From Ktedonobacteraceae bacterium (GTDB taxonomy: Bacteria > Chloroflexota > Ktedonobacteria > Ktedonobacterales > Ktedonobacteraceae): DNA of 64,000 bases. Below the pieces are notes generated by a model that was given only the letters and a program-made list of their open reading frames with translations, did not search any database and was not told the DNA's origin. Both the position numbers and the translations under genes were made by a program. Location of the stretch: assembly GCA_050695155.1 (NCBI GenBank), contig JBOGTO010000180.1:1-64000 (forward strand). Direction: 5' to 3'. Below, in pieces: positions 9,164-18,857 of this stretch (position 1 is its first letter; each line of letters starts with the position of its first letter).

Positions 9164-9373
9164 ATGATACGCTTGAAGATACGAGAGGTAGCGCAACGAA
9201 AGGGATTCAGCATGTCCCGGCTGTCAAGAGAATCGAATATGGCCTATAAAACGATACAGACGATTTGGAGAGATCCCAACCATGAAGTCACTACCACCAC
9301 ACTGAATAAACTTGCTCGCACACTCGGAGTAGACCCATCTGAATTGATAGAATACATTCCAGAAGACAAGTAA
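9164..9373 (+). CDS. XRE-family (Cro/CI-type) helix-turn-helix transcriptional regulator, 69 aa
   Basis: IREVAQRKGFSMSRLSRESNMAYKTIQTIWRD matches the Cro/C1 HTH pattern. The C-terminus GVDPSELIEY is typical of XRE proteins. Confidence 0.7.
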   Translation: MIRLKIREVAQRKGFSMSRLSRESNMAYKTIQTIWRDPNHEVTTTTLNKLARTLGVDPSELIEYIPEDK

Positions 9374-9465
9374 TAGTTATCCGCTCGCTTGCTGGAGGCT
9401 TCTGATTTGTACGTGGTACAATATTTATACCTTGAACATCTTTCAGAGCCGAGGAGTTGCACGGT

Positions 9466-10860
9466 ATGGCATGGCAGCGCAGTCAGCGTAGTCTTCGTTT
9501 TCCTGATGGCTTTTTGTGGGGAACGGCATCCTCTTCCCATCAATGTGAGGGTGGCAACACCAACAATCAGTGGTATCGCTGGGAGCAGGCGGGGCGTGTG
9601 TTTACGGGCGAGACAAGCGGGGATGCCGCGAACTGGTGGCGGGAGGCTGAGCAGGATTTCAGCCTGGCGGAACAGATGGAGAACAATGCTCTGCGCCTGA
9701 GCATCGAATGGAGCCGCGTCGAGCCGTCCGAGGGGTATTGGGATAGCGCGGCCATTGATCGCTATCGCATGATGCTGACCGACCTGCATAGACGGCATAT
9801 GAAACCCCTGGTCACGCTGCACCACTTCACCGACCCTCTGTGGTTCGCGGATCGCGGCGGCTTTACGAAGGTCGAGAATATACGCTACTTTGCGCGCTAT
9901 GTATCCTATGTGGTGGAGAAACTGCAAGACCTGTGCGACTTCTGGATTACCATTAACGAGCCAAATGTATATGCCATGCTGGGTTACTTATTAGATGAGT
10001 ATCCTCCGGGCGAGCAAGATTTGATGCGAGCCTTGCAAGTATTGCGCAATCTGATGCAGGCGCACGTTGAAGCTTTCTATGCCATCTATCGTATCCAGCC
10101 GCAGGCCGAGATTGGCTATTGCCTGAATTACCGCCTCTTTGACTCTGCCAGCCCGCTTTCACCACTGGACCGCGCAGTCGCGGGAATACAGGATACGTTC
10201 TTCAACTGGGCGACACTGCGAGGCGCGGAAACGGGAACATTCACCTTCCCATTAAACTTGCTGCTCGCGCCCATCAAACGCGCGGCGGGGGCGCGCGATT
10301 TTCACGGCGTCAACTACTACACGCGCGATCTGGTGCGTTTCGACCTCACACGGCCTACCGAAATATTCGGGCGGCGTTTCACCCTTCCTGGCGCGGTTCG
10401 CAACGATCCGGGTATGAAGAACAACTTTGGCGAGATTTACCCGGCTGGCCTCTATCGCGTACTCAAGTCGGTCTATCAAAAAACGCGCGGCAATAAGCCC
10501 CTGTACGTCACCGAAAATGGATTTAGCGATACGCTCGATGATCGTCGTCCGCGCGCCATCCTGGAACACCTGGCGATGATACACCGCGCCATCAGCGAAG
10601 GTATCCCCGTGCGCGGCTATCTACACTGGACGCTGGTGGACAATTTCGAGTGGACAGAGGGCTGGGGTGTGCGCTTTGGTCTGATAGAACTCGACCAGCA
10701 GACCCAGGAACGCACGCCGCGCATCAGCGCCAGCATGTTCGGCGAAATCTGCCGCGCCAACGCTATCACCGAAACAATCGTCGCCCGTTATGCGCCAGAT
10801 GCGATGGAGAGCATTTTTGGAACGAGTATCAATGCGGTTGGTCAAGCCTCAGTTACATAA
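9466..10860 (+). CDS. Glycoside hydrolase family 1 beta-glucosidase
   Basis: FPDGFLWGTASSSHQCEGG N-terminal signature; acid/base TINEPN and nucleophile YVTENG motifs. ATG at 9466 with a GAGGAG RBS is preferred over the TTG at 9457. Confidence 0.85.
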   Translation: MAWQRSQRSLRFPDGFLWGTASSSHQCEGGNTNNQWYRWEQAGRVFTGETSGDAANWWREAEQDFSLAEQMENNALRLSIEWSRVEPSEGYWDSAAIDRYRMMLTDLHRRHMKPLVTLHHFTDPLWFADRGGFTKVENIRYFARYVSYVVEKLQDLCDFWITINEPNVYAMLGYLLDEYPPGEQDLMRALQVLRNLMQAHVEAFYAIYRIQPQAEIGYCLNYRLFDSASPLSPLDRAVAGIQDTFFNWATLRGAETGTFTFPLNLLLAPIKRAAGARDFHGVNYYTRDLVRFDLTRPTEIFGRRFTLPGAVRNDPGMKNNFGEIYPAGLYRVLKSVYQKTRGNKPLYVTENGFSDTLDDRRPRAILEHLAMIHRAISEGIPVRGYLHWTLVDNFEWTEGWGVRFGLIELDQQTQERTPRISASMFGEICRANAITETIVARYAPDAMESIFGTSINAVGQASVT

Positions 10861-12748
10861 ACTGCCATAGTTTGATGGAATGATCTTCGCCGCCAGTGGC
10901 AAGTATGCGTAACTCTGGTCGCGCAGCCATGGCGGTCACGCGGCCTTGATGTGCTTGAATTAAGAGATGTTGTTGGTTGTGTTTAGTATTCCAGCAGTAA
11001 AGTATCCCACTTTTATCTGAATAAACAATCTCGTTTTTCAATGCGATCGCATTGCCAGCGGGCATAGGTAGCTGAGTAGGAAGTGGTAAATGGATACCAG
11101 AATTCAGATTGAGCAAGATCAAATCCCCTTTTTTGGTCAAACAAAGCAGGTGTTGTGCGTCGAAAACCAGTAACTTTACGATTTGACCAGCATCTTCTAT
11201 TTGCGTTTTCCAAACCAGTTGTCCGTTTTTAAGGTTCCATAAACCTACCAACCCATTATCCGCTCCTGCTGCGAGCATGTCACTCTCTGAAAGATAGAGG
11301 AGCGACCAGACTGGCCCGCCAGGATGTCGTATGCTCCGTATTTGACGACCACCCGGCAATTCCCAGATACGTATTGTCCCGTCGCGCGAACCAGATAGCA
11401 GAACCCTATCATTCATTGCCAGGGTAATAGTAAGAATGATGTCGCTGTGTCCGATTATAGTACGTTGTAGACGCCTTTGTTCTATATTCCACAAACGGAT
11501 ACTTCGATCCCAGGAACCTGTAGCCAGGGTCTTACCATCAAAGGTGATAGCTGAGGCCCAAATCGTGCGCGTGTGTCCTGGCACCTCAACTATGGCCTGT
11601 GGCGTTCCTGGTTTCCAGAGAGAAATGGTGCCGAGAGCACTCGAGATAACTTGACTGACATCAGGTAAAAGAGCAATGGTATCAACTGCGGTGAAGAGAT
11701 TTTTCCACTCTGTGAGCAAACGGAGCGTTCCAGACCCTGGATGTGCGGAGGTTTTTTTATCGATGTTGGCTGTAGTATATACGGACATACCCGGCAACGT
11801 CTCAGTTTGCAGAACAGGCCCTGTCCTTATAAATTCCTGTTCCTCGTTGTAATGCGCTGGCAGGGTCGGCATTTGAGTTGGGGAAACTGATGTTGGTTCT
11901 TTAGACCATTCTATTGTCGTGGCGCGCGTTGATTGTACTATTGCTTGCTTTGCTGCTTCCGCGAATTCTCGCGCCGTTGTGAAACGTTGAGAGGGTTCTT
12001 TGGCGAGCGCGCGTTGAATAACAGGTTCTAATGCTTCCGGGGCATTTGCATTGTATTCTTTGATTGGCCTGGGCCTCTCTTGCAAGTGCTGGAGCATTAT
12101 ACTTCCCCAGCCATCACCAGTAAAAGGCGGCGTGCCTGCTACTATCTCATAAAACATAATACCCAGCGCGTAAATATCAGTCTGTGCGCAAATATTTTGA
12201 CCCAGCCACTGTTCCGGTGCCATATATAATGGAGTGCCTACATAACCGTGAGTAGATTGTGCTGTATTGTTTATTAACTTCGCAACACCAAAATCGGCAA
12301 GCAAGGGCCAATTGTTCTCACGAAGAAGCACATTGGCAGGCTTAATATCACGATGAATAATAGATCGTTGATGCGCGAAATCCAGGGCTGACGCCAGTTG
12401 TTCCAGAAGGTTTATTGTTTCCGCCAGCGACCATGTGCCGCTTTTCAGGCGCTCTTTCAGAGTACCACCTGCTATATAAGGCATAACAAGATAGGCAATC
12501 TCATCCTGATAGCCGTATTCATATAATGTCACAATATGAGGATGTTCTAATGCTGCAAGCGCCTGTGCCTCTTGTTTAAAACGCTGAATAAAATTCGGAT
12601 CTTCATCATATCCTGTCTGAATGACCTTAACTGCCACCTTACGGTTCAATAAAGGTTGAATTGCCAGATAAATTTCGCCCATGGCTCCCTTACTAATGAA
12701 CTGTATCAGTTCACAAGAACCAAGAGTACGATGAAGGAGATTCGACAC
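10853..12748 (-). CDS. Ser/Thr protein kinase with C-terminal WD40 repeats
   Basis: VAVKVI Lys, HRDIKPANVLL catalytic loop, DFGVAKL, APE motif. The C-terminal ~300 aa carry WD repeats (GHSDIIL...SGSRDGTIRIWEL; HSIKLWQF). Confidence 0.85.
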   Translation of the reverse strand: MSNLLHRTLGSCELIQFISKGAMGEIYLAIQPLLNRKVAVKVIQTGYDEDPNFIQRFKQEAQALAALEHPHIVTLYEYGYQDEIAYLVMPYIAGGTLKERLKSGTWSLAETINLLEQLASALDFAHQRSIIHRDIKPANVLLRENNWPLLADFGVAKLINNTAQSTHGYVGTPLYMAPEQWLGQNICAQTDIYALGIMFYEIVAGTPPFTGDGWGSIMLQHLQERPRPIKEYNANAPEALEPVIQRALAKEPSQRFTTAREFAEAAKQAIVQSTRATTIEWSKEPTSVSPTQMPTLPAHYNEEQEFIRTGPVLQTETLPGMSVYTTANIDKKTSAHPGSGTLRLLTEWKNLFTAVDTIALLPDVSQVISSALGTISLWKPGTPQAIVEVPGHTRTIWASAITFDGKTLATGSWDRSIRLWNIEQRRLQRTIIGHSDIILTITLAMNDRVLLSGSRDGTIRIWELPGGRQIRSIRHPGGPVWSLLYLSESDMLAAGADNGLVGLWNLKNGQLVWKTQIEDAGQIVKLLVFDAQHLLCLTKKGDLILLNLNSGIHLPLPTQLPMPAGNAIALKNEIVYSDKSGILYCWNTKHNQQHLLIQAHQGRVTAMAARPELRILATGGEDHSIKLWQFM

Positions 12749-12819
12749 AATTGACCTCTCAACTCTATCTTGTGTATATTAGTAATAGAACGAATGATAG
12801 TACAAAATTAATAAATGTG

Positions 12820-12848
12820 TTGACTTATATTGTGTTCGATGTTACAAT
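12820..12848 (+). promoter_or_regulatory. Putative sigma70 promoter with -35 TTGACT, a 17-nt spacer and -10 TACAAT, upstream of the DUF4126-like gene
   Basis: ttgacttatattgtgttcgatgttacaat sits about 50 bp upstream of the ATG at 12901, in an AT-rich divergent intergenic region. Confidence 0.3.
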
Positions 12849-12900
12849 CGCTATGCTTCGATTTTAGATAGTTGTTTTAGTATGAAAGCCTGGTAGTGCG

Positions 12901-13980
12901 ATGGAAAGTCTTGGAACTTCGTATGGTTTAGCCCTTGCAGCAGGCATTAATGCCTATTTACCGCTTCTTTCTATCTCCATCTCTGTGCGCTGGTTTCATT
13001 TGTTTACTATCAGTAAAAACTTTGCATTTCTTACCCAGAATGGATTTATCATTGCTCTCGTTATTCTGGCTGTTATCGACATTGTAGCAGACAAGATACC
13101 ATTTGTCGATAGCATTTGGGATAGTATTCATACTATAGTGCGTCCAATTTCCGGGGCCATAGTTGCAGGCGCAACGGGCGAAAGTAGTACTTCTCTTGGA
13201 TTGCCGGTAGTTCTCCTACTTGGAGCCACATTAGCGTCGATGAGCCATATTACAAAGGCTGTGACACGTTTGAGCGCCTCTGTCTCGGCCGGAGGCTGTT
13301 TAACACTGGCTTTGAGTCTTGTAGAGGATGTTGTAGTCATTGTCGCAATTCTGCTTGCACTCTTTGCCCCTGTCATTATGCTGGCGTTTTCGGCAATCTT
13401 TATTGTCCTTTTTGTGATATTTGCCCCTTTGCTATTTAGCGCATTACGTTACCGGTTACGTGTTGCTGCTTCAACCTTTTCCTGGTTTATCCATTCCTAC
13501 TTCTGGCGCGGTTCAGAGTCTAGTTCTCTGGACTTTATGCTCGATCTGTCAGATGCCGAGAGGTCCCAGTTGCTCCAGATCATGCCACCCGAAACTGCGT
13601 TATTGGGAGGCGCTCGCGTACAGTGGATCAGGCGGCTAGATGGGCGAGGATTATGGGGACGGCGGCGCGTTGCGCTTTCTACCTGGTTTATTGTTTCCGA
13701 AGGCGCTGTTATCATTCTCTGTGGAACGCGCCCCCATTTATCTCAGGTTGTGTTTTTCAACGATGTGCAGGCCCTGGCCCTCGATCAAGGATTATTAATG
13801 GGTTCTTTGCGGCTCCTCACCTTGAAAGGGCAGGCCATAAACTTTGCGATTTTGCGTGACTCTTTAGGTGATGCAATCGAATTAGTAGAAGTTCTACATA
13901 CGCGCCATCATCTTCCCTCTAATGCAACGACTCGCACAGGCTCTATACGCACTCGCTCTGTAGGGCCGCAACGTATTTAG
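12901..13980 (+). CDS. Polytopic membrane protein with a DUF4126-like N-terminus and a C-terminal region resembling a bacterial PH (bPH_2/DUF304-like) domain
   Basis: GLALAAGINAYLPLL start followed by 4-5 hydrophobic helices. The C-terminal soluble region LLGGARVQWIRRLDGRGLWGRRRVALSTWFIVSEGAVIIL is PH-like. Confidence 0.55.
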   Translation: MESLGTSYGLALAAGINAYLPLLSISISVRWFHLFTISKNFAFLTQNGFIIALVILAVIDIVADKIPFVDSIWDSIHTIVRPISGAIVAGATGESSTSLGLPVVLLLGATLASMSHITKAVTRLSASVSAGGCLTLALSLVEDVVVIVAILLALFAPVIMLAFSAIFIVLFVIFAPLLFSALRYRLRVAASTFSWFIHSYFWRGSESSSLDFMLDLSDAERSQLLQIMPPETALLGGARVQWIRRLDGRGLWGRRRVALSTWFIVSEGAVIILCGTRPHLSQVVFFNDVQALALDQGLLMGSLRLLTLKGQAINFAILRDSLGDAIELVEVLHTRHHLPSNATTRTGSIRTRSVGPQRI

Positions 13981-14010
13981 ATACATTTTTATTTTTCCTA
14001 ATATTTCCTA

Positions 14011-15012
14011 TTGGAAAGGAGTTTGGAGTTGAGCGGATTTTTTGACAAAGTAAAGCATACGACCGGTCTTGGCTTAAATCAAGATGAACTCTACAATCGG
14101 GCATTCGCTAAAGGAGTGTTGCTTGGGAACTTCAAGGATGCGGCTGATATCTTTGAGAAAGCTGCCAGGAAGTTTACAGAGACTGGCGACCAGATGATGA
14201 TGGCCCAGGCGACGGCCAACTCCTTGCTGTATCGTTATCTGGCAACCGGTGATGACAGGATGATTCAACAGTTGATCCAGGCGTTGAGTGTCCTACCTCA
14301 GATTGAGGAGATCAAATCGCAAACAGAGACGATGCCGGTCGCGCCACTTTGCGCTGAACTGGATTGCCGCATGGTCGAAACTGCCATCAAACAGGCGCAG
14401 GATAACATGGTAAAATTGCGTGATCTGCACAGGTATGCGCGAGATAAGTTTCAAGCGATTCTACGCAATCAACTACTGACCTACAGTTATGTACCCGAAC
14501 CCGATGGACATAATGAGAAAACAGAGGCGCGCTATTTCTATCATAGTGGAATGTCCTCTTTCTGTGAAGCGATGATAAAAAAAGATAGCGACCCTGCCGC
14601 AGCCTCTGATGATCTCGCGTTAGCGGGGCAATCCTTCCGGCGTTGCAATGATCAAAAATGGATGCAGAGCGCCGCAACGTTGTTGGAAAACTGGCGAGTT
14701 TCAAGAACGTGCTGGATGTGCCATAGGGAAATGCAGGGATTTGAGCTGCACTTTTCAATGTGCCAGGCTACTGTCACCCCCTACACAAAATATATTCTCG
14801 ATCGCTTAAAACAAGATGGCTCTTCTGTCAATCTGGAGAGTGGCGAAATCGCTGTCTGTACGCCTTGCGGGTCAATGGTAACAATAAAGGCGGAAATGGA
14901 AGCAGACAAGGTCCGGCAGGAATTGGGTGCCAAAATAGATGTACTGATTGGCGCGATGCAGTCACTCGAAAATCGGGTTCGTCATCTTGAGCGCAATTCT
15001 CATCACCATTAA
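14011..15012 (+). CDS. Conserved hypothetical protein with a C-terminal Cys4 zinc-ribbon-like motif (CWMC...C...CTPC)
   Basis: 333 aa. No known catalytic motif. Sits 30 bp downstream of the membrane gene and 17 bp upstream of the next gene. Confidence 0.5.
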   Translation: MERSLELSGFFDKVKHTTGLGLNQDELYNRAFAKGVLLGNFKDAADIFEKAARKFTETGDQMMMAQATANSLLYRYLATGDDRMIQQLIQALSVLPQIEEIKSQTETMPVAPLCAELDCRMVETAIKQAQDNMVKLRDLHRYARDKFQAILRNQLLTYSYVPEPDGHNEKTEARYFYHSGMSSFCEAMIKKDSDPAAASDDLALAGQSFRRCNDQKWMQSAATLLENWRVSRTCWMCHREMQGFELHFSMCQATVTPYTKYILDRLKQDGSSVNLESGEIAVCTPCGSMVTIKAEMEADKVRQELGAKIDVLIGAMQSLENRVRHLERNSHHH

Positions 15013-15029
15013 AGGAGAGCGTATCCTGT

Positions 15030-16898
15030 ATGGAAAAACAAGATATTCTCGATATTCTGGATTCGCTCGATTTACAGATATCGATGGGGAAAATTGATCA
15101 GGCGACCTATAATGACCTTAGACAGAAGTGGGTACAGAAGCTGCAAGTATTGGAAGCTAGTGTTGCTGCTGGTGCTACAGGGTCTCTTGCCGGTTCGTCT
15201 GGTAGATCAACATCAGGTCAATTTGCTGGATTCTCATCGTCGGCCCCACCATCGCCACCGGCAATTGAGGTGCTGGCTTGTCCGATGTGCGCTGCTCCAG
15301 CAGATATACATGGTATACAGGACCTGACCAGGCCCATAGAGTGTCCTCACTGCTGTACTGTTTATACATTTCGTCAGAGCCAGGATAATGCTCAACATCT
15401 CAAACAGGAGTTAAAGGCCTGGCTCGATCAAATGATCGTGGGGAGCGGCTATAATGGCGCTGGCGGTTCCAGCAGTATTGACGCCAATGCCCGGCGCTTC
15501 ATCTTTACCGAGAGCCTTTATCCTGCGCTAAAAAAAGATATCGACCGGCATCTGGAAGACCTTGAATATGCCCCGGAAGCTCCGATGGTCCAGCTAAAAG
15601 TGTTAGTAGGGTTCGAGGAATACCAGCCAGGCTCACAACTTTTAGCTATTGGCAGAGGAGAGAACCAATGGCTGAAGACGCTCACCACGCGGGTCTCCGC
15701 GCCGCAGTTGCAGGACTTTGCTGTAACACAAGATGACAAACTGAAAATGCTTCAACTTCAGTTCCGCGTCATGAGCTTAATCTATTACGCTAATATCGCT
15801 AATCACCTTACCGCTGCTACGGTTGCCTCCTATCAGGCGATACATCAGAACCTCCAAGCTCTGCAAAAAGACTATCGAGAACATGCACAAAATGTTGTAG
15901 ACGAGGGTTATCGCTCTTACATTGTGGCCCTGGATGCGCGTATCACCGGCGCAATGCTTCTGCTTGATCTGCTGATTGCAACATTTGAGAAAGGAAGAGG
16001 CGTAGCTCCTGAAGCTGTTCTCGCCCAGCTTGATCGTGCGATAGCGCAACTCACCCAGTCAGAGCAACAGGCTTTAGCATGTATGTATAATCCACTTTAT
16101 ACGGTTCCTCTACAGCAAGGTATACAAAAAGACCTCATGGTTGCGCGTATTTTCCAGGCGATAATCAAATGCTACGAGGTAGCCACTCGCTTACAGTCGG
16201 TAGACTTTGAGCCGTTCTATGAAGATTTGATGAGCTATGCCGCAACGCTTGGAAGCAATCAAACTACCCACCAGTTACTTGGTCTTATTCAATCCATCAG
16301 TCGTTTGCTGTCCGCTCGCGCTGGAGATGAACCTCTCCCCGTTCTTGTCGACTGGAGCTGGATTGAAGGGACGATTGAGGCTAATCGATATAAGCCTACC
16401 TTTGGCGCTGCCGAAACCGTTGGGACTGTAGGTTATCATTTTCATCCTTACTGGGTGGCAACGCTGAATTATGCTGAGAAAAGTGGCATCATTTTCAAGT
16501 CGGGAACTGGGCGTGAAGCGCTTATTCTTGTGGATGCTACTACCACGAATTCACCCATTGTTGGGCATATACTGGTCAGCGATCCTCTTTTGCCAGTGAT
16601 CCAGCAAGCGACCCACACCTTCAATTTCCTGGATAAACGAGTGATGGCACTTCCCGCCTTACTCTCACAAGATATGGCAGAAAGAACGATGAAATCCTAC
16701 GCGAACCAGCACACGCGTGAGTTGGGAGCGACGATTGTCAAAATGATTGGCCTGCTCTATCTTCCAACGGCCTTTGTGCGTTATGCCGGTAAGAATGGAA
16801 GCCGTGAGATGGTGATAGGCCGTTTGAATTTTGTGAATAAAAATTTGACAGGCGCACTGTTGCAAACGCAACAGTTCTTGCAAAAATATGGAGCTTAA
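15030..16898 (+). CDS. Conserved hypothetical 622-aa protein with an N-terminal SHOCT-like helix, a low-complexity linker, a zinc ribbon (CPMCAAP...CPHC) and a large uncharacterised C-terminal domain
   Basis: N-terminus ILDILDSLDLQISMGKIDQATYNDLRQKW resembles the SHOCT consensus. Four Cys in a C-x2-C-x20-C-x2-C arrangement. Confidence 0.55.
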   Translation: MEKQDILDILDSLDLQISMGKIDQATYNDLRQKWVQKLQVLEASVAAGATGSLAGSSGRSTSGQFAGFSSSAPPSPPAIEVLACPMCAAPADIHGIQDLTRPIECPHCCTVYTFRQSQDNAQHLKQELKAWLDQMIVGSGYNGAGGSSSIDANARRFIFTESLYPALKKDIDRHLEDLEYAPEAPMVQLKVLVGFEEYQPGSQLLAIGRGENQWLKTLTTRVSAPQLQDFAVTQDDKLKMLQLQFRVMSLIYYANIANHLTAATVASYQAIHQNLQALQKDYREHAQNVVDEGYRSYIVALDARITGAMLLLDLLIATFEKGRGVAPEAVLAQLDRAIAQLTQSEQQALACMYNPLYTVPLQQGIQKDLMVARIFQAIIKCYEVATRLQSVDFEPFYEDLMSYAATLGSNQTTHQLLGLIQSISRLLSARAGDEPLPVLVDWSWIEGTIEANRYKPTFGAAETVGTVGYHFHPYWVATLNYAEKSGIIFKSGTGREALILVDATTTNSPIVGHILVSDPLLPVIQQATHTFNFLDKRVMALPALLSQDMAERTMKSYANQHTRELGATIVKMIGLLYLPTAFVRYAGKNGSREMVIGRLNFVNKNLTGALLQTQQFLQKYGA

Positions 16899-16918
16899 TG
16901 CTCTAAGGGAGGTATATC

Positions 16919-18304
16919 ATGGGGTTATTGCACTTTCTAGCCGATCGTGGCATCAAAATGATGGACAATACGGAGAAGGATCTGAAAGCTATCGGGCAGA
17001 GGTTAGGCTACATGCCTCTATCCTGGCGACAGGTCATTATGACTCATCCCGATAAAGATGGATTGCTGTGGCGTCTTCCTGATCCCCAGGTTCCGATGGC
17101 TAGCTCCTTGAGTCGCATACAATCGATACTAGTTTCTGAATATGAGCGAGCGATCGTACTCAAGGATGGTATGTTGACTGAGCAGGTAGTTCTCCCGCCT
17201 GGCCTTTATGATATTAGTCGCACTGTCAACGTGCGCGGCCAGATTGAAATCATCTGGACGACTACCAGTGAATTTCAGTTGCGCTGGGGCATTCCCGATG
17301 TTATCACTGGCGACCGTGTAAGCGTGGGCGCAAGCGGTTTCTTCAGCGCGGCTATTATTGATCCCGAAACTTTTTTACGCAATGTTGGAAGTAGTCAGCA
17401 GGTCTTCAAGAAGGAAAACATGGCTACCTTTGCCAAACCAGAAGTAGATTCGCTGTTGCGTGAACTCATTGCTCATAAAACCGTGATGGAATTTCAGCTT
17501 GCTCGACAAGAATTTATCGGTGCTGCGCGAGAGGCTCTCCAGCCCATTTTTGAGCGCTGGGGTCTGGAATTCCGTGGTCTGACCATTGAAAACCAGAGGA
17601 TTCCGGAAAAATTCCGTGAAGCCGCAGAACGGCGCACGATTGTGAGTATGGAGAAGGAAGCGCAAATCGTGGCGGCCACAGAAGATGTGAACCTGGCGCA
17701 ATTGGAAGCGCAGAAACAATACTACTTATCTCAAGCTGATGCCAGCAAGTACTATATCACTGGAAGTGCGGAAGTCGAGAACATGCGTCGTCAACTGAGT
17801 ATTGGATTGGACCCTCTCAAGCTGAAGATGGCAGCAGCAATGGAAATTCTTGCAGCCACACCGAGCGAAGGCTCATTGGTGGATGGCCGCGTTCAGGTGA
17901 TGAACTACCTTTCCGGGTCCCTCAATACCGTCACTGGCGGTGTACCCCCAACTTCTGCTGACACTGCAAATGCTGCTTTAGGACAACCAATTGGCCTTCC
18001 TGCCCCAGCAACCGCCGGTGGGGTGTCTGGACGCGGCCCTAATACAGGGCTTTCGTCAGATTCTGCTAACACCGGTGGATTCGCCCCTTTCATCCCTCCC
18101 GATGCTTCAAATCCGTTAGGTACAGGCGCTTTAGCTGCGCAAGTTTCGCTATCTCAGCCAACAACAACCGGGGGTATGACTCGTGAAAAAATTAAGGAGA
18201 TGCTTGATAAACTTGATGAACGCCTTATCGCGGGAGAAATAACCGAACAGAAGCATTCGGAGCTTTATGATAGGCTACAAAAAAAGCTGAGTGAGTTGCC
18301 ATAG
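16919..18304 (+). CDS. SPFH/band-7 domain protein with a Pro/Gly-rich linker and a C-terminal SHOCT-like motif
   Basis: Core collinear with the HflK/C-stomatin SPFH domain (EYERAIVLKDG..., WGLEFRGLTIENQRIPEKFREAAERR...EKEAQI). C-terminus GEITEQKHSELYDRLQKKL is SHOCT-like. Confidence 0.6.
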   Translation: MGLLHFLADRGIKMMDNTEKDLKAIGQRLGYMPLSWRQVIMTHPDKDGLLWRLPDPQVPMASSLSRIQSILVSEYERAIVLKDGMLTEQVVLPPGLYDISRTVNVRGQIEIIWTTTSEFQLRWGIPDVITGDRVSVGASGFFSAAIIDPETFLRNVGSSQQVFKKENMATFAKPEVDSLLRELIAHKTVMEFQLARQEFIGAAREALQPIFERWGLEFRGLTIENQRIPEKFREAAERRTIVSMEKEAQIVAATEDVNLAQLEAQKQYYLSQADASKYYITGSAEVENMRRQLSIGLDPLKLKMAAAMEILAATPSEGSLVDGRVQVMNYLSGSLNTVTGGVPPTSADTANAALGQPIGLPAPATAGGVSGRGPNTGLSSDSANTGGFAPFIPPDASNPLGTGALAAQVSLSQPTTTGGMTREKIKEMLDKLDERLIAGEITEQKHSELYDRLQKKLSELP

Positions 18305-18424
18305 TTCGATTTGAGCGGACTGCGAATGGCTCATGAGGTGTAATAAATACGGAATCTCCGGTTATTCGCACAAATGAGAATCCATAAACGCAAGTTGGAG
18401 AAGCGAATACTTCTCCAACTTGCT

Positions 18425-18670
18425 CTATTGTTCATCGCTCTGTTCCCGCAACACCGCTTGAAGTATCAAGCGATCGGGGCAATGCTCTGGGAATCTTCGC
18501 GCGTAACACACCATGCAGTACTCGCCTACTAATTCATCATCGTCGCCTGTGCCATAATAAGTGATGGTGTGCGGCGGACAGGCGTAATGCCCGCAAGGGC
18601 GCAGTTCGGCTACCTCGGCATGTGGCAGCCTGTGCGGGTATTGTTCGATATAACAGGTTGGTTCGGTCAT
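18425..18670 (-). CDS. Small Cys/His-rich hypothetical protein (81 aa)
   Basis: Motifs CGHYACPPH and CMVCYARRFPEHC suggest metal binding. Isolated ORF in an AT-rich intergenic zone. Confidence 0.3.
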   Translation of the reverse strand: MTEPTCYIEQYPHRLPHAEVAELRPCGHYACPPHTITYYGTGDDDELVGEYCMVCYARRFPEHCPDRLILQAVLREQSDEQ

Positions 18671-18857
18671 GTTGCTTTACTCATTCTCTGATCTTGTAGT
18701 AAGTAGTATCAGGTTCCATACTTGATAACTCATGTGCATGATATTCCTCACAATAAGAGGTGTCAAGGAAAATTTCATCCTTTAATTACCGTATATCATT
18801 GGCTACGCTAGATGTAATCATTTCCTGACAATGGAAGTATTACCAGGTTCACCTTTA

